Position numbers and translations under genes: made by a program. This document shows positions 1 to 14,643 of a stretch of DNA of 64,000 nt, in pieces. Source of the DNA: Ruditapes philippinarum (lineage: Eukaryota); the NCBI RefSeq assembly GCF_026571515.1, contig NW_026864423.1, positions 1 to 64,000 on the forward strand. Reading direction: 5' to 3'. How positions within the stretch are numbered: position 1 is the first letter of the stretch; each line of letters begins with the position of its first letter. The notes below the pieces were generated by a model. The model saw nothing but the letters and a program-made list of their open reading frames with translations, was not told the origin of the DNA and did no database searches.

Positions 1-2521
1 GATTTATCTTTTAAAATTATGTAAGCATCATTGAAATTAAAAATACAATGTATACAAACAATGTACATGTACATTGAATATGATCATTTAGTTTAAAATT
101 ATATGAAATAGTTCACAATTAGGCCTGTATTTGCTGGGTTTTTTAAGTATGTGTATAAAAAATATATAAAAAGTACTAGTACTTATTCAAGACTCAAAAG
201 TTTGTTTGTAAATTTGCAGACATTTTGAGTTTTTCTTCACTCTGTAAAGTTAATTGTGTATGAAATAAACTCATACATTAAGATCTCTTAATCTAGTTAA
301 GTTTGTAATATAATGGACCGTTGAAATTTTCATCAAGGGTAAAATAAATAAACCTCCCCCCTCACCACTCTAAAATGTTTTTACCCACTGACTTTTTTTT
401 TAAAACACCATGACCATCTGATAATGGAAACCCCCTTTTTTCCCCCATAAATTCTTATAGTCAGACTTTTCCATTTGTTTTATTTTTGGGGGAAAAAATT
501 TTTACAGATTTTATATGAAGTAATTTGTTTAGAAGGACATTGCAAATTTATTTTTAAAAAATTATTATGAATTTGAAATTCTACATATACATTTATTTTC
601 CCATATGTTTATATGATTGTGAAAATAAAATGATAGGTGCTTTGATTTTTGTATAACCCTGTCTAACAATATACATGATGGACCTGTCCAACAGTTGTAA
701 AATTTGAAATCTGAGGCATTTGGTTCAGCAAGATTGGAAACTAGTGCTCATGTATCACAAAGGTTCTTATTGATAATTAAGAAATTGTGGAGATATATTA
801 TAAGTTATTTTCAAGATAATATTTTATGTAAAATGTTTGGGTGCATATTTTTTTAACTGTTCAAAGTAAAAAAAAAAGACTACAGTCTTGTTAATGTAAA
901 TAACAACATTCTGGATTATGGGATAATTGGGAAATTTGAATGCTGCATTATGACCTTGGATAAGAAGATGAAAATAAGAATCACCAAAAATCAGGTAATA
1001 ACTTTTGGATACATTTATGCAAAACACAAGTATTATTTCAGGCCTGCTAGCAATTATTTCTATCAACCTTATTCTGAAAAATAATATTTTACATTCTATT
1101 TACCCTTGAAAAATAGTTTTTAAATGTAAATTTTGTCGTTTAATTAATACAATATTGACTGTTGCTTTATGTATTTGAATACAGTCTTGAAGAGATGATA
1201 TTAAATACAATTAATTGTTTTTAACTTCTAATTAATACATGTCATAATTTATTTCCATATCTTTTATAATGAATTATGAATTTTGTTCTTAAAGGTCACA
1301 GTACACCTCCCAGAGATGTTCCCTCAGGAAACAAAGCAAAGTACTAAAATAGACAAGGTAAAACAAAATTATAGTTGAAATAATTAGAATAGTTTTGAAA
1401 GAAACTCTTGGTTAAACAAAATAAGTCTCTTTGTAACTTGCACCTTAATTATTACAGTTAAGTTACCTTTACCGCTAAAAGAAACAGTTCAGTAATATTT
1501 TTTTTATTAAGCGATGCATTAAGCAGGAAAGTTAATGTCAACAATTGGTTTAGGTTGAAGTTTATTGGTACTATTTAAAACAATAAATTGGTCAGTCACG
1601 ACCAATTTAAATGTGTAAATACGTACTTATAAATTTTAACAAGCTAGTTATTTAAATTATTTTTATAAAAGTTGATTTAATAAACTGATTTACAGTTTGC
1701 CAATTTACCAAAGTAAATGTGTTACAATTCATTTGAAATACTGTAATCCTATTGGACAAAAAATAATTTTAAACAATAAATATGTGCATTGATGACATTA
1801 GTACAAAATGCAAGCATTGAAAGTATTATTATCATTTAGTATCCATTTAATGTTAAACTATTGAAACTTTTTAATTGTTTTATTTGATGCAGGTGAAGTT
1901 GCTTCAAACGGGATCTTAAATCACAATGGCAGGGACCAGTTGAGAAGAGAAAGCACTTGCAAAGGCTTCATTCCAAGTACCTATATCAGTAGCCATTAAT
2001 TTGGCAAGAACAATTGTAAATACTGGCTGTGCCTCAGTGAAAATTACAAAAAATTGTAATGATAATTTTTTACTGGAAAAAAAAACAGTTTTAGCATTTG
2101 TGAATTTTTTTCTTCAATGACAGGATTTTGAATTGGATTTTATTGATGCAGTATCAATTGTGTAAGACTGTAACTAAATAGTAAATGTAATTAAATATAG
2201 TAATCCATTTAAGACAAAGTGAAAATTGGTTGTATTTATCCCCATCTTCAGTGATAGTGATTCTAGTTACTTCAGTGATATTTCAGCTCACCTTAGCACA
2301 GAGTGCTATTGTGAACTATTGGATTGCATAATGTCTGTTATCTGTACCTGAATCTTGTCAAAGATATTTCCCCTTCAACCATTTCTTATTTATATAGATT
2401 GAGTAGCAACAAATGCCAAAAATTTCTGACAAGTGTGCATTTTAGATTTATTCAAATGAAAAAGATATTTGCACCAAGTATTTCTGCATTAGGGTGTGTT
2501 TTTTCATCCCTTAAACAATAA

Positions 2522-2871
2522 GGACACCTGTATTTTTGACCTGTAAATTTTACACCTGTATTTTTGAGCTAAAAATTATACACCTGTATTTTTAGACCTG
2601 TAAAATTTTACACCTGTATTTTTAGACCTGTAAAATTTTACACCTGTATTTTAACAGCTGTAAAACAGTACAACTGTATTTTGGACCCGTAGAAAAATAC
2701 GGTTAATTTACATATTTCGTTCATAATACAGGTGTAAAACAGCTGTATTTTTGAAAAAACAGGTGTAATTTGCTATTCGTTTATCTAAACTGAAAAGAAA
2801 TACAGCTGTAATTTTTAACAGAAAAACAGGTGTATTTCAGGCAAAAATACAGGAGTAAAATTTCGTACAGG
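2522..2871. repeat. Cluster of short TACACCTGTATTTT-type repeats in both orientations; probable subterminal array of a DNA transposon end
   Basis: About a dozen acacctgtattt / aaatacaggtgt motifs, direct then inverted; the partner end is not seen in the window. Confidence 0.5.
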
Positions 2872-2994
2872 CCTCTATTAAACAAAAGAAATGGCCCCTT
2901 AGTCAATTTAATTGGAACGGACATATTACTAAATAAAGTATATTACTTTCATATTTGTAAATTGTTCAAGGTTAGGCTTTGTTAATTGCATTTG

Positions 2995-3905
2995 ATTTTA
3001 TTATCCCTCACTTTTTTCATGATGCTAATTTCCCAAGTTATTTTTACTGTTAATGCAAGTGTGCCACATGACTAAGAATTTTGTACTGTTACATAGGTAA
3101 CAGTATTTTTTAACAGTATAAAATCTGGTCATGTGGTCTATTTTCTAAATAAAATGAAATAAAACGGCCGCCATTTTTCTCTCGATTCATTCTTCTTTTC
3201 TTTGTTAAACCCCGATAGGACATCAATTTCTTCTCTGGAGTATCTATGACACCCATAAAATTTAGTAGTTCGCACCCTGGTGTGCTTTTCGTGTATAAAA
3301 TATCTTTTTGTTGAATAGTCAAAAAGTGAACATCCGTTTTCAACGGAAGTACTTGCAATGTAAATAATTAATTGTCAAACTGGAACATGCAGATGATTTA
3401 AGCATGCCACAAAGGATTATTTAACAATTTTAATCAGTGAAATGTACAGAGATGGTGGACAGACATAGGATATCATCGTTATTTTGTCAAAAACCATGCT
3501 AAGAATATTCTGAAAACAGAAGGATCAGATTTCACAGATCATAACCGTGTAAATGGGCTGGTGTTTTGTTTTCTAAATAAAACCTAGCTAATTGCATGTT
3601 TATGAATTGTAGATATCATCACTTGCATAAAGAATAAAAGAAAGAGAAAACTTCTCAAGTTGGCCTAAAGTACACTTAAAACTTGAAAGGTAAGGACAGT
3701 TTAATAAGTTTAAATTAGTTATCATTGACAATTTCAGATCATCGCATATTTTTGTTCGGGTTAATAAAATAAATAACACGGGTTTGTGAGTAACAGTAAA
3801 AATATCATCCCGAGGAAATTACTGTTACCCGAGGCGTAGCCTCGGGTAACAGTAATTTCCTCGGGATGATATTTTTACTGTTACCCACAAACCCATGTGT
3901 TATTT
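2995..3905. mobile_element. Non-autonomous element with a 5' IR, a subterminal IR and a ~135-bp terminal hairpin
   Basis: attttattatccc (2995) is inverted to gggttaataaaat (3758-3770); a near-perfect palindrome follows at 3771-3905. Confidence 0.55.
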
Positions 3906-4143
3906 ATATAATGTCATTAGTCCAGGCTTATTACTGAAGAATGATTCATGTGGTAGTTACATAGATTGTAATATACAGAAATAATAACAGACCACATGAT
4001 CAGCAAAATATATTTGCTATGAATGAGTTGAATAATAACTCAACATTTAACAAAACCAGGACATAACATAGAGCTGGCTACATTTTCAGATTCTACTAAG
4101 ACCCTTATACATGTATAACATATAAACGTTACACAATACTTAC

Positions 4144-4277
4144 TAGGTGGTGCAGCTGTATGGATTACCACAGGGGCTGGGTTCTTCCTACAACATCCAC
4201 AGCAGCAACAACAACAACAGGTACAGATTCCGATTATAATGAGCAATCCCACAATGCCAGACACAATCGGCACCCAC
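4144..4277 (-). CDS. Shisa-like gene copy 1, exon 3 (TM helix, poly-Cys, start of Pro-rich tail)
   Basis: AG acceptor and GTAAGT donor; WVPIVSGIVGLLIIIGICTCCCCCCCGCCRKNPAPVVIHTAAPP; phase-compatible with exon 2; no downstream exon found in the window. Confidence 0.85.
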
Positions 4278-5621
4278 CTAAAATTAAAAAAAGAAAATAT
4301 GTAAAACATTTATCAGTCCATGAGATAGCTTTTACAAGATAGCATTCTCTCAGGATTTTTGGACAAAATGTACCTAGATAGAAATAATAAAAAGTTCCTC
4401 TGCAGGTAGTTTTTTCCCTAGAATATTAAAAATTTTAACACTGGATGAGTTTTCTTCAAATAAAGTGGCTACATCCTTACCAGGAAAGCATGAGTGTTAA
4501 TGATTTTGTGAAAGTCTTATACCAGACTGATTCAATCAATGAGAAAGTTTTTCTGAACAATCAATTGGGGAATGATTATGTAAATACACAGAGACTTTAC
4601 AAGCTAACATTGTGTACACACCTCTGCTGCTTTAAACTGTTTCTCTTAACTGACACAGTGCCAGCTAGACTTCTGAGTGCCGTTTTATCAACGGTCATGT
4701 GCCTAGTCGTAGCTTAGATTTGGTAGTACGACCAATCTGACCCTCACAGCGTGTTTCATCAACATGGTCACAGCTAAGACATTGTAGATAAACGTCCTAA
4801 CTCTATGACTGCTGCAGGCCAGTCATAAGTAGGGTCACAGTTATGACTGTCTTTGTTGATAAAAAGGCACTGGTGCTTAGAGTACACAACTCTTTTCTAG
4901 CAAGGGTAAATTTCCCTATCTTCTGAGGGTCACTGATAAAGACTATTCCCAAAACAACATTTTTATCCAAAATAAGTGGAAAAGTCCAAGGATAGTAGGT
5001 CAATAACTGTGTGCATAAACATACAAGTTTCATTGGAATCATAAGGTAACCATAATACACAGACCCAACATGGAGGACCCTTCAGGTTTCTATCAGATGC
5101 ATCTACCACATACAACATCTTAACATATAGAACTATAGGCTGCCTTTATTAGCTGTGCATGCTTTAATACCAATGATTTCTTTTTATAAATTTTTTTTAA
5201 CTTTTCAAGCATTTTGTCATACATGTATTTTAAAAAAAATTTAACCACGACCCAATATTTTTTACCAGAGGGGGTTGCAAAATCTTGACACATGGTATTG
5301 TATACCCCATAACGCCCCTGTTAAAATTCTACAAGATTTCATGATGTGGTTAAGGGTCAATTTAATGCTTATTTCCACTTAATTTTAGGTATTTTTCGTT
5401 AAAAAAGGCTTAAGTTGATGTCCACCTCTCAAAGGGGTCAGCCTACATACTATCAAAATCCCATATGGGGGTCATGACCCTCAACCTCCCAACTTCCCAC
5501 CTCTGGATCCAGGCATGGCTTTACCTATTTGTAAGTATACTAAAATATAGAGCTAAGACAGGGAACTTAATATTGTGCCAACTTGTTAATCTAAATATAG
5601 AAAAACACAAAAACAACTTAC

Positions 5622-5823
5622 ATGTGTTCTTGAACCCAGTCGCGGACACAATCATCATTCTGATTTTTTGTAGCAGGAATCTGCCTCATAGGATCACTGC
5701 AACACTGCTTGTATTGTTTTGCAAATGTTAAACAGCAATAATCTGCACATAGCTCGGCCTTATGGTGATCACCATTTCCATCTGTGTAACTTCCACAGCA
5801 GTCACCTGCTTCTGATCCGTGAC
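5622..5823 (-). CDS. Shisa-like gene copy 1, exon 2 (Cys-rich ectodomain)
   Basis: 202-nt exon with AG/GT boundaries; GHGSEAGDCCGSYTDGNGDHHKAELCADYCCLTFAKQYKQCCSDPMRQIPATKNQNDDCVRDWVQEH; homologous to 20488-20689 and 41875-42076. Confidence 0.85.
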
Positions 5824-7007
5824 CTGTTGATATATTTTATATTCCTCTAATTTTTTGTTATAAATAAGAAAGGCATTTTTTAAATTAAGAAATTTCATAA
5901 AATTATCCAATGGTCAACATACTACATAACTGAAACCATGAGTAGGTTTTCATGGCTTTTACCATATCTTACCACAAAGACCTCGTTAAAACATTTTAGT
6001 ATATTATCAGGTAGGTTTTCTTGTTTCTAAAAGGAACATTATTTTCTATAGCAACACTTTAATGTGCTTCGGTGACTAATTTTAACTCTGCATCCTGCTT
6101 CCAGAAACCAATGAGTTTGCTGTGGATTGCTGTGGATGCAGTTTCAAATAATGCGTGTTTTCTGGAAGCATGCATTTTTCTAAATAGGGACTCATATCGG
6201 ATAGGAATAATTATGGCAAGTAATTAATGCAAGTTATGTCAATCTAATTAATGACAGTTCTTACTATTCTTAGAGGACATTTTTATCTGTTACTAGCCTA
6301 GTTGATGTCAACATTTTTATTTGCGTTGCCCTTGCTTGGAATTCATTTTACTGATTTGACCCACCCTGGGATGTACTATCGTATGTTCCAGACCCACCCA
6401 AAGTCGAATTAACTACATGTACTATATCATGTATATAGTAAGCAAGATTTTTTGAAACATTTTCCTATGTTCAGATAAAAAATATCTTAATAAATTAAGT
6501 TACAAACAATAAAGAAATACAACTACAATTAAGTAGACTGTTTGCTGCATATTAAAGTTGCTGTTCTGAGTATTTATTTGATTAAATTATAAAATTTTCT
6601 AAATTCATAAAGGGCCATAATTCCGTCAAAATCCATCACAGAGTATAGTGGCCTGAATTTATGACCCTGCAGATATCAGTAAGTTTGCTGTCAATACCTT
6701 TTAATAAGTTGTTTTAATATTGCAAAAAAACATTAACCAAAAACATTCAAAGTTTAGAAAGGACCATAATTCAGTCAAAATCCATGTAAGAACTATGTAC
6801 CTTGGATAGTAACCTCTGGTTATGACCCCACAGACATGCATTAAAAATCAAGTGAATTATCTTCAGTACTTTTATAACTTCTTAAGATTGATGTTGCATG
6901 CAAAACCTTAACCAATAATTTTCTATGTTCAAAAAGGGCCATTATTCTGAAGAAGAAAACTCATACTAGAGTTATAGGCCTTGGACCTCCTAGTATTATG
7001 CTCTTAA

Positions 7008-7334
7008 CCCTTTCACTGCCATAGGGACGGCTTAAGCTGCCCCTGTTATTTTCGGTGTATTTGCCATATGGACGGCTTTAGCCGTTTCTATAATAATAAT
7101 AGTAATAATAATAAATTAATGATAATAATAATAATAATGATAAATATAAAGAAAATTATACCATCGACAATAATTATTATTATAATAACAGATTTGGAAA
7201 CATATATAATTATTATAATACTAATAACAAATAATAATAATTATATTAATTAATAATATAGTAATTTCTTAGAAAATCCTCTGGCAAATAGGTGAACAAT
7301 AAAACAATAACCCTCTGGCAGCAAAATTTAAGGG
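7008..7334. mobile_element. piggyBac-like MITE containing an (AAT)n-rich tract
   Basis: TTAA|CCCTTT...TGCC and GGCAG...AAGGG|TTAA ends; AAT microsatellite at ~7088-7260. Confidence 0.55.
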
Positions 7335-7689
7335 TTAAATAAGTGTACGAAGTTACAAGCAACTATTATTATGTAGTGGTTGATATGAAGATGCATACAT
7401 CATCTAACAGTGTTATGTAGTCCAAATAATTAGCCGGGGGGGAAAAAGTTATTTAACATTTTATAGTTATCATTGTGACATATTACATTTTATATTATCA
7501 AGGGTAACATGGTAAATGAAAGATGAATATCAGATTTATGAAGGATGAACATGAAATAGGTTATGTATAATGGGTCTTATAATATAATTAGGACTACAGT
7601 GTTATGCAGACATCAATACTGACACGTGGGTGAGTAAGGTAGCCCTACTATTCTTCAATTAGTCAAGCTAAAAAAGGGGTATAACTCTA

Positions 7690-8860
7690 TACTAGATAAA
7701 AAGCAAATTCGTTGAATTTATATCCCCCGCAAAGCCGGTTATTACTAACACATAAGGCTTTATTTACATAAATTAATCATGGCATGCAAATTTCCTTTTC
7801 GTATTAATGGTTCCCATAAAATCTTGTTGAATCAATCCAACAGTTGAAAGGAAATAGTAATATTCCTCTATATGCATACTGCACAAATAATCAAGGGCCA
7901 TAACTCTGTCTTGAAGAGTCTGACTCAAACAAGGCAATGATTTGTGCATCTCCCCATGGTATTGATTGTTGCAATAAAGTTTCATTGAATTTCAGCCAGA
8001 ACATGCAGAAAAATAGAGCGCAAACGATTATTGCTCTATATGCATGTTGAAGGGTCTGACTGGAATAAGGTGACGATATGCACATCTCCTCTTGGTATTG
8101 AAGGTTCCAATAAAGTTTGGTTAAATTCCAGCTAGTAGTTGCTGAGAAGAAGCGCAGAAACTATTATTGCTCTATATGCATACTGCATAAATAATCAAGG
8201 GCTATAAGTCTGTCTTGAAGGGTCTGACATGATCAAGGCTTAAATATGCCCATCTCCTCTTGGTATTGATGGTTCCCAAAAAGTTTTATTGAATTCCAGC
8301 CAATAGTTGCAGAGAAATAGAGCTGAAACGATTACTGCTCTTTATGCATATTGCATAATAACTAATCAAGGGCCATAACTTAAAGGAGTTAAAGGATCTG
8401 ACCGGAACAAGGTGACAATATGTGCATTTCCTCTTGGTATTGTAGGTTGCCATAATGTTTCGTTGAATTTCAGACAGTAGTTACAGAAAAATATTGCAGA
8501 AATTATTATTGCTCTATATGCATACAGCATAACTAATCAAGGGCCATAACTCTGAGTTTAAAAGTCTGATCAGAACAAGGCAACAATATGCGCATCTCCT
8601 CTTGGTATTGAAGGTTCCTGCAAAGTTTCGTTGAATTCCAGTAAGTAGTTGCAGAGAAGTAGGGTGGAAACAATTATTGCTCTATATGCATACTGTATAA
8701 CTAATCAAGGGCCATAACTCAGAGTTAATGGGTCTGAATAGAACAAGGCGTCGATATGCACATCTTCTCTTGATATTGATGGTTCCCATAAAGTTTGTTG
8801 AATTCCAGCCAGGAGTTGCAGAGAACTAGTACCGAAAAAAAATTTGGACGGATGGATGGA
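7690..8860. repeat. About six ~170-bp tandem monomers (AAGGGCCATAACT motif) ending in an ACGG/ATGG microsatellite; Helentron-associated (HINE)-like satellite
   Basis: tatatgcatactgcata...tcaagggccataac recurs at ~7870, 8038, 8174, 8343, 8516 and 8684. Confidence 0.65.
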
Positions 8861-8949
8861 AATTGAAATTAAAATCACAGAAAATATTGTTTGAAAGGAG
8901 GATAACTCTTTCAATAATAATTTGATTCACGAATAACGGAATTCGCAAA

Positions 8950-9368
8950 CCTTGCTAAATGCCGTTTTCCGGTACTTTCTGTACATAGCTCTGGGGAATT
9001 CTCCAAATGGAGTGTAATAACGAACACTGTGTTTGGCCTTTTTTCATTAAAGTGAAATAAAACGGTTATTTCTTTCTATGAAAATAATTAAATACATGTA
9101 GCATTGTATGAATAATTCCATACAAAAAGATAAAGTAAATAAAAAAGTTTACACAGAAAATATCTCTATTTATCATGGAAGATGCCACTACGACTGTTTT
9201 AATTTTATTGATTTTCATTATAAACAATTTATTTTTTGAAAAATTTGCAATAGATATTATAGGAACATTGATAATTTTCAATTTCACCTTCAACGGTAAA
9301 ATAATGATAATTGGTGTAATTCCCCAGAGCTAAATCCATAACGTACCGGAAAACGGTGTTTAGCTAGG
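8950..9368. mobile_element. MITE with ~50-bp TIRs
   Basis: gctaaatgccgttttccggtac...agctctggggaatt is inverted to aattccccagagct...gtaccggaaaacggtgtttagc. Confidence 0.6.
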
Positions 9369-10112
9369 TTTTCAAAAAGGTCAATTGCTTTAAAAAATTT
9401 GAACTTGACCTGTGTTTTGATAAACAGATAAAATATACTTGCAAACACAATTATCTTTAAAATACTTCAAAGTTACCAAATGATGGGCTAAACCGATAAT
9501 ACCACCTGTTAAAATGGGGCATACCTCTTTCAATAATATTTAAGTTGGTAGCTCTAGGAGTGAAAATCAAACTTGACTTGTGTAGGCGTTCAGCACACTT
9601 GTCTTGCCAATAATTGACAAATTATCATAAAATAATCTCCCCTTGTTGAAAAAAAATCAAGGGGAGATTATTTTTTGTTAATTTGACATGATTGCACAAT
9701 TATAAAATCAAGAATTTTATAATAATTATTGGCAAGGACTCCTGTAGATATAACATACATGTAATTACATGTCAATGTATTACATTCCAAAATATCAACA
9801 CAATCGCTGAAATCCTTCAAAAATTAAATTGTCTACGGACAGACGGACACTATCAAATACCAAAGCGTGTAAAAAAAAAAAAATACTGTACTGTACCGCG
9901 CATAGATTTATACTTTAAATTTATGATAATTACCGGTATATAGGTTTAACAGTATAATAGAGTTGAGATGTACCGTAACGGCGTAAGCAAAAAACAGAAA
10001 ACACAAAGGAGTCAACAAAATAGTCCTCAAACTTTGAGCAAACTTTAAATTAATTTAGCTTAAACATTAAAATAGGATATTTACAAACATGTAAAAAATA
10101 GAAAAAGATTAC

Positions 10113-10158
10113 CTGCCAACACAACCAAAATTACGGCGAATGTACAAAGAGTCCACAT
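10113..10158 (-). CDS. Shisa-like gene copy 1, exon 1 (signal peptide)
   Basis: ATG...MWTLCTFAVILVVLA-G|GTAA; phase-1 donor matching exon 2. Confidence 0.75.
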
Positions 10159-10619
10159 TTTGCTAAGAGTAAGACACGACTTTAGTATGTTGAGCTAACC
10201 TCCTGGAAAACAGAGAATTACTGTACGTTACAGAGCGTGTCTGGGGTATGACAAGGGAAAATACATATAATAACTTCAAGTTTGTAACATCTAAACTTCT
10301 CAAAGAATTATGAGAAACATAGGCTTTTTTTACTGAACTTATCAGTGCTATTCTTATTATCTCATTTAGAACTGTTTAATTATAAAATAAAATTTCTAGA
10401 TTACGGTTTCCCTTTTTAGCGCCTCCAGATTTTCAGAAAATCGCAATTAAAGGGTGCATATAATAAGGGCGCCAGGTAATTCAAGGGAGGCAACTTACGT
10501 AAAAAAAGAATGGCCTTCGTGATAAGTTAGTTTTCTTATCTAGATCTCTTTGTGTAAAAAGGGGAAATTCACGTTACATTAAAATTATTTAGTAAGTTCT
10601 CGAACTTTAGCTCTGTTTT

Positions 10620-12030
10620 CGTACAGCCATGGAGGAAGAACCTTGAACATCGCAGATTGGACTGTAGACTGATAATGTTTTATAAGATCTGGAACATACG
10701 ATACTTTATAGTACATCCCAGATAAGATATACCATAATCTAGTTGCAATTAATCTCCCAACATATGTTCAAACCCCACATAGATTAACCAGACATATGCA
10801 CCCCTTATCCCTACGCCAAATACAGGTATCTTCCGACTATCATAGGTACTCTTTCTTCCCTCATAGCATTATACTATGGTAACATTGCCACCCTGCCCAA
10901 CTTGAGTCAGTTCAAACAGGCAGTGTTGGGTTTGCAGTATTAGTCTTACTCCCAGTGTTTTTAAACTATTTTATTTCTTATCATCTTGTTTCACTATTAA
11001 CATTTTAACCATGACTAGAATACATCTTCAGTCTCACCTTCCAAGCATGTCAATGTTTGGACTTTTCTTTTTTTTTTTTAGCTTTTCTTTTCACCTTTTA
11101 CTAACAATCCGCCGTGCACTAAACTCCTGCCTTTAACACTCGTAAGAGGGGTTGGCAGTATATTACCGACGCCAGACATGGAGTTTAACCCTTCAAAATG
11201 CCAAGTAATCCATAACCATTTATTAAACACAATTTATATATGCTCCATGGCCAAGTCCAAGAGTCTGTTACAAATGCTAAATATCTCGGACTAGATCTGT
11301 CTGCTGACCTTAAATTTAATACACATATATCTCTAATAACCTCCAATGTAAACAGATCCCTTGGCTTTATTAAAACAAATGTTATTACTAAAAATGAGAG
11401 AGTGACAGAACTAGCATACAAGTCCGGCCACATGTTGAATATGCTTCAATTACTGACATCCAGAGACGTGCAATAAGATGGGTTAAAAGGGATTAGGCTA
11501 CTCTCCTCACTCTAGTGTCACAGTCATGCAGGAAGAACTGGGCTGGCGATTTCTTGAACATCGCAGATTGGACTGTAGACTGATAATGTTTTATAAGATA
11601 TACCATAATCTAGTTGCAATTAATCTCCCAACATATGTTCAAACCCCAAATAGATTAACCATACATAATATTATGCAACCCTTATCCCTACGCCAAATAC
11701 AGGTATCCCTCATAGCATTATACTATGGAATAAACTTCCTAGTAACATTGCCACCCTGCCCAACTTGTGTCAGGTCAAACAGGCAGTGGTGGGTTTGCAG
11801 TACTAGTCTTACTCCCAGTGTTTTTAAACTATTTTATCTCTTATCATCTTGTTTCGCAATTTAACCATGACTGGAATACATTTTCAGTCTCACCTTCCAA
11901 GCATGTCAATGTTTGGACTTTTCTTTTTTAGCTTTTCTTTTCACATTTTACTAACAATCCGACGTGCACTAAATTCCTGCCTTTAACACTCGTAAGAGGG
12001 GTTGGCAGTATCCAGAGATAGATAGATAGT
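10620..12030 (+). mobile_element. Two tandem 3' remnants of a CR1-group LINE
   Basis: RT C-terminal motifs AKYLGLDLSADLKFNTHI and LGWRFLEHRRLDCRLIMFYKI...WNKLP; 3' UTR repeated at 10940-11160 and 11805-12010; GATA-repeat tail. Confidence 0.75.
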
Positions 12031-13274
12031 AATTGCTGCGGTGATGACAGAAATATAAATTTCATGGATAAGAAGTTTCCAAGGGTGAAAAATCAACATT
12101 ACGCAAATTTATAAAGACAATATCAGGTAACTTTGGACCCATGTTTTGAAATATTTTGATCTGTCTCAAAAAAATATAACAATAGATAAATTGGTTAAGT
12201 ACTATCGAAGAACAATATAGGCCTAAGAGGTCGAATAACATTTTGATTTTTTTCTTCAAAAAATTAAAAATTGTAAATCTTAATGTTCAATTTCCTGAAA
12301 TATATGGGAGTTTGGCCTAATATAATACGCTCCGTTAGGATTACTCTGGATGGGGACAGATCTATACAATTCCATGTTACTTCTATTTCTATAAATTATG
12401 TTTTGTAAATTCGTAAATGAGATATAGTGCGACATTTTTAGCATGTTGAAGTAATGTCGTGCGCTCTATTTAACTTACTTACCCTAAAAATATTGTAACA
12501 CGGACATATAATAATTATGTAATTAAATTCCGCGATGGGAGAATTCATGATAACAGGCGGACATCACCTATTATCACGTTGTATGTACTTGATAATGCCA
12601 GGCTCTGATGATTATAACAGGGTCTGGGGCTGTGAAATAGTAAAAAAGGCGCAAGAATTTCTACTTTAATCTTTTTGATTAATCCTGCCAAATTTCAATC
12701 CCGTTTTTGATCTATAAAACTGCTTTGTTTTTTGTAAACAGTTCCTGCACTGTTATGTTGTATCATGGATGATAACAAGATTCAAACTATTCTACTATTT
12801 ATTATAACCATTTTATAAATGTTGTTACGAAAGAATGCCCGGCATGATCATACAAAGATAACATAGCATTAATGCATACATCAAGTAAAGGGAAGTAATA
12901 TCATTTTACTGTACGAATAAACATGTAAAGAGTTATCTGATCTTGATATCATAACACGCACCATGGCAAAATATCAACTCTTGGCTCAAATTATATTCAT
13001 TTCCACTTATTTTCAGCTAATTGTGTAAAGAAATTACATCTATATGACCCTTTGTTTCTTTTCTGTTGGTTAACAATTCTATATGGTAACGTTTTTCTGT
13101 GAAAATGACATTAAAATTTATACATTTTTTGGAGATGCGAAAAGAGAAACTATAAATCTTATAATCGCTGGTTTCCTTGAAATTGTAAAAGGTACATGTG
13201 ATAGGTGGCTCAAACAGGATAATCAACAGAACTTTAATTGTATGTGTATCCTTTGTCTGTCGACTGTGTCAATT

Positions 13275-13509
13275 GAGCCGCGCCATGACAAAACCAACAT
13301 AATGGGTTTGCGACCAGCATGGATCCAGACCAGCCTACGCATCCGCGCAGTCTGATCAGGATACACGCTGTTCGCTTACAAACCCTATTACAAGAAAAGA
13401 AACTGATAGCGAACAGCATGGATCCTGATCAGACTGCGCGGAGGCGCAGGTTGGTTTGGATCCATGCTGGTCGCAAACCCACCATGTTGGTTTTGTCATG
13501 GCACGGCTC
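13275..13509. mobile_element. Sola-type foldback MITE
   Basis: GAGCC...GGCTC termini with ~100-bp TIRs; sister copies show a 4-bp AWWT TSD. Confidence 0.8.
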
Positions 13510-13871
13510 AAACATCTTCAAACGACACATCATCCACTGGGGGATTCACATTTGTTGAATTTCTTCCCTGACAAAATTTCCGTTTATATTGCAACCAGTA
13601 ATAAGGGCTGATCCATAATGGAATTTGAAAATATATTGTAAAAATATTAACAAATACTCGTATTTAATTGAATCAAGTGACCAAATGATACAGCTTATGA
13701 TCAGCCATTCAGCTCTCTTAAAATGTCGGCTTACAACTTACTAACATTATGATAAAAAAGCGAACTTAGTCATTATCCATAAAAATCAAATGTAACCAAT
13801 TATTTATTTTCGCAATTATCTATATCGCTTTGGGTTTATACAGAATTTATTTTAGTTCAATTGTGTAGGAA

Positions 13872-14050
13872 GCTATTAGCTTGTAAACACACTTTCGAAT
13901 CCGTTCCTGGAACCAACCAGTACAGAGCAATGAGTGTAAAGTTTCTTGCTCAAGGAAACAACGACTTGCCCATGTCAGGGTTTGAACCCATGCGGCTAGC
14001 GATCAATAGATTACAAGTCTGACGCGTTAACCACTCGGCAATGCCGCCGC
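13872..14050 (-). mobile_element. tRNA-derived SINE
   Basis: Minus strand has an A-box (GCCGAGTGGTTAACGCG) and a B-box (GGGTTCAAACCC); paralogous copy at ~36930-37103. Confidence 0.65.
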
Positions 14051-14643
14051 CTATATCGCTTTGGAATCTTCAAAGTCATGTAAAACCCTTCACATTCCGA
14101 ATATTCAGTGAGACTTCGGAAATCTGGTCTTATATAATAGCGAGTTGGTCTTGTAATGAGTTTGGTCAGACCGAAAAAACTGACAGAACGTTTACAAGAT
14201 TTTCTACACATTGTACAAGTATTTTTCTGGACTGTTTTATTTTCAAGTTTCTCTCTAACGAGAGAATAATATTTTGGTAATGCACACTTTTATTATTTTT
14301 CTATTTTGACATTACAAATCTCTTTTTTTAACAAGGAATAAGATTAACACAACTTCATCAAACAATTTTAAAATGTAAATTTCGACGAGATATGAGCAAA
14401 ACAATTTGTGCAAATATTGCCATTTTAATATTTATTATTTTTCGCTCTACAGAATATAAAAATGCATTCAGTTCTGAATATAAAACAATTATGCAATAAA
14501 AAACAACAACATAGTGACATATCGGCAAAGTCATTCAGTTATCCCAATTGTGTTATTCAGTATTATAAAATGCATGCAAACTAAACACTTGGAAGGAAAA
14601 AGGTCTTTATTCATCAATATACCTCAAATTAGAATAAAAAAAT

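Noticed and set aside
7068-7253. Asn/Ile-rich ORF (likewise 23635-24056)
   Set aside because: Microsatellite or minisatellite translation
13083-13558. ORFs with MDPDQTAR/LVWIHAGRKP peptides (also 16802-17234 and 36423-36683)
   Set aside because: Translations of the palindromic Sola-type MITE, not genes
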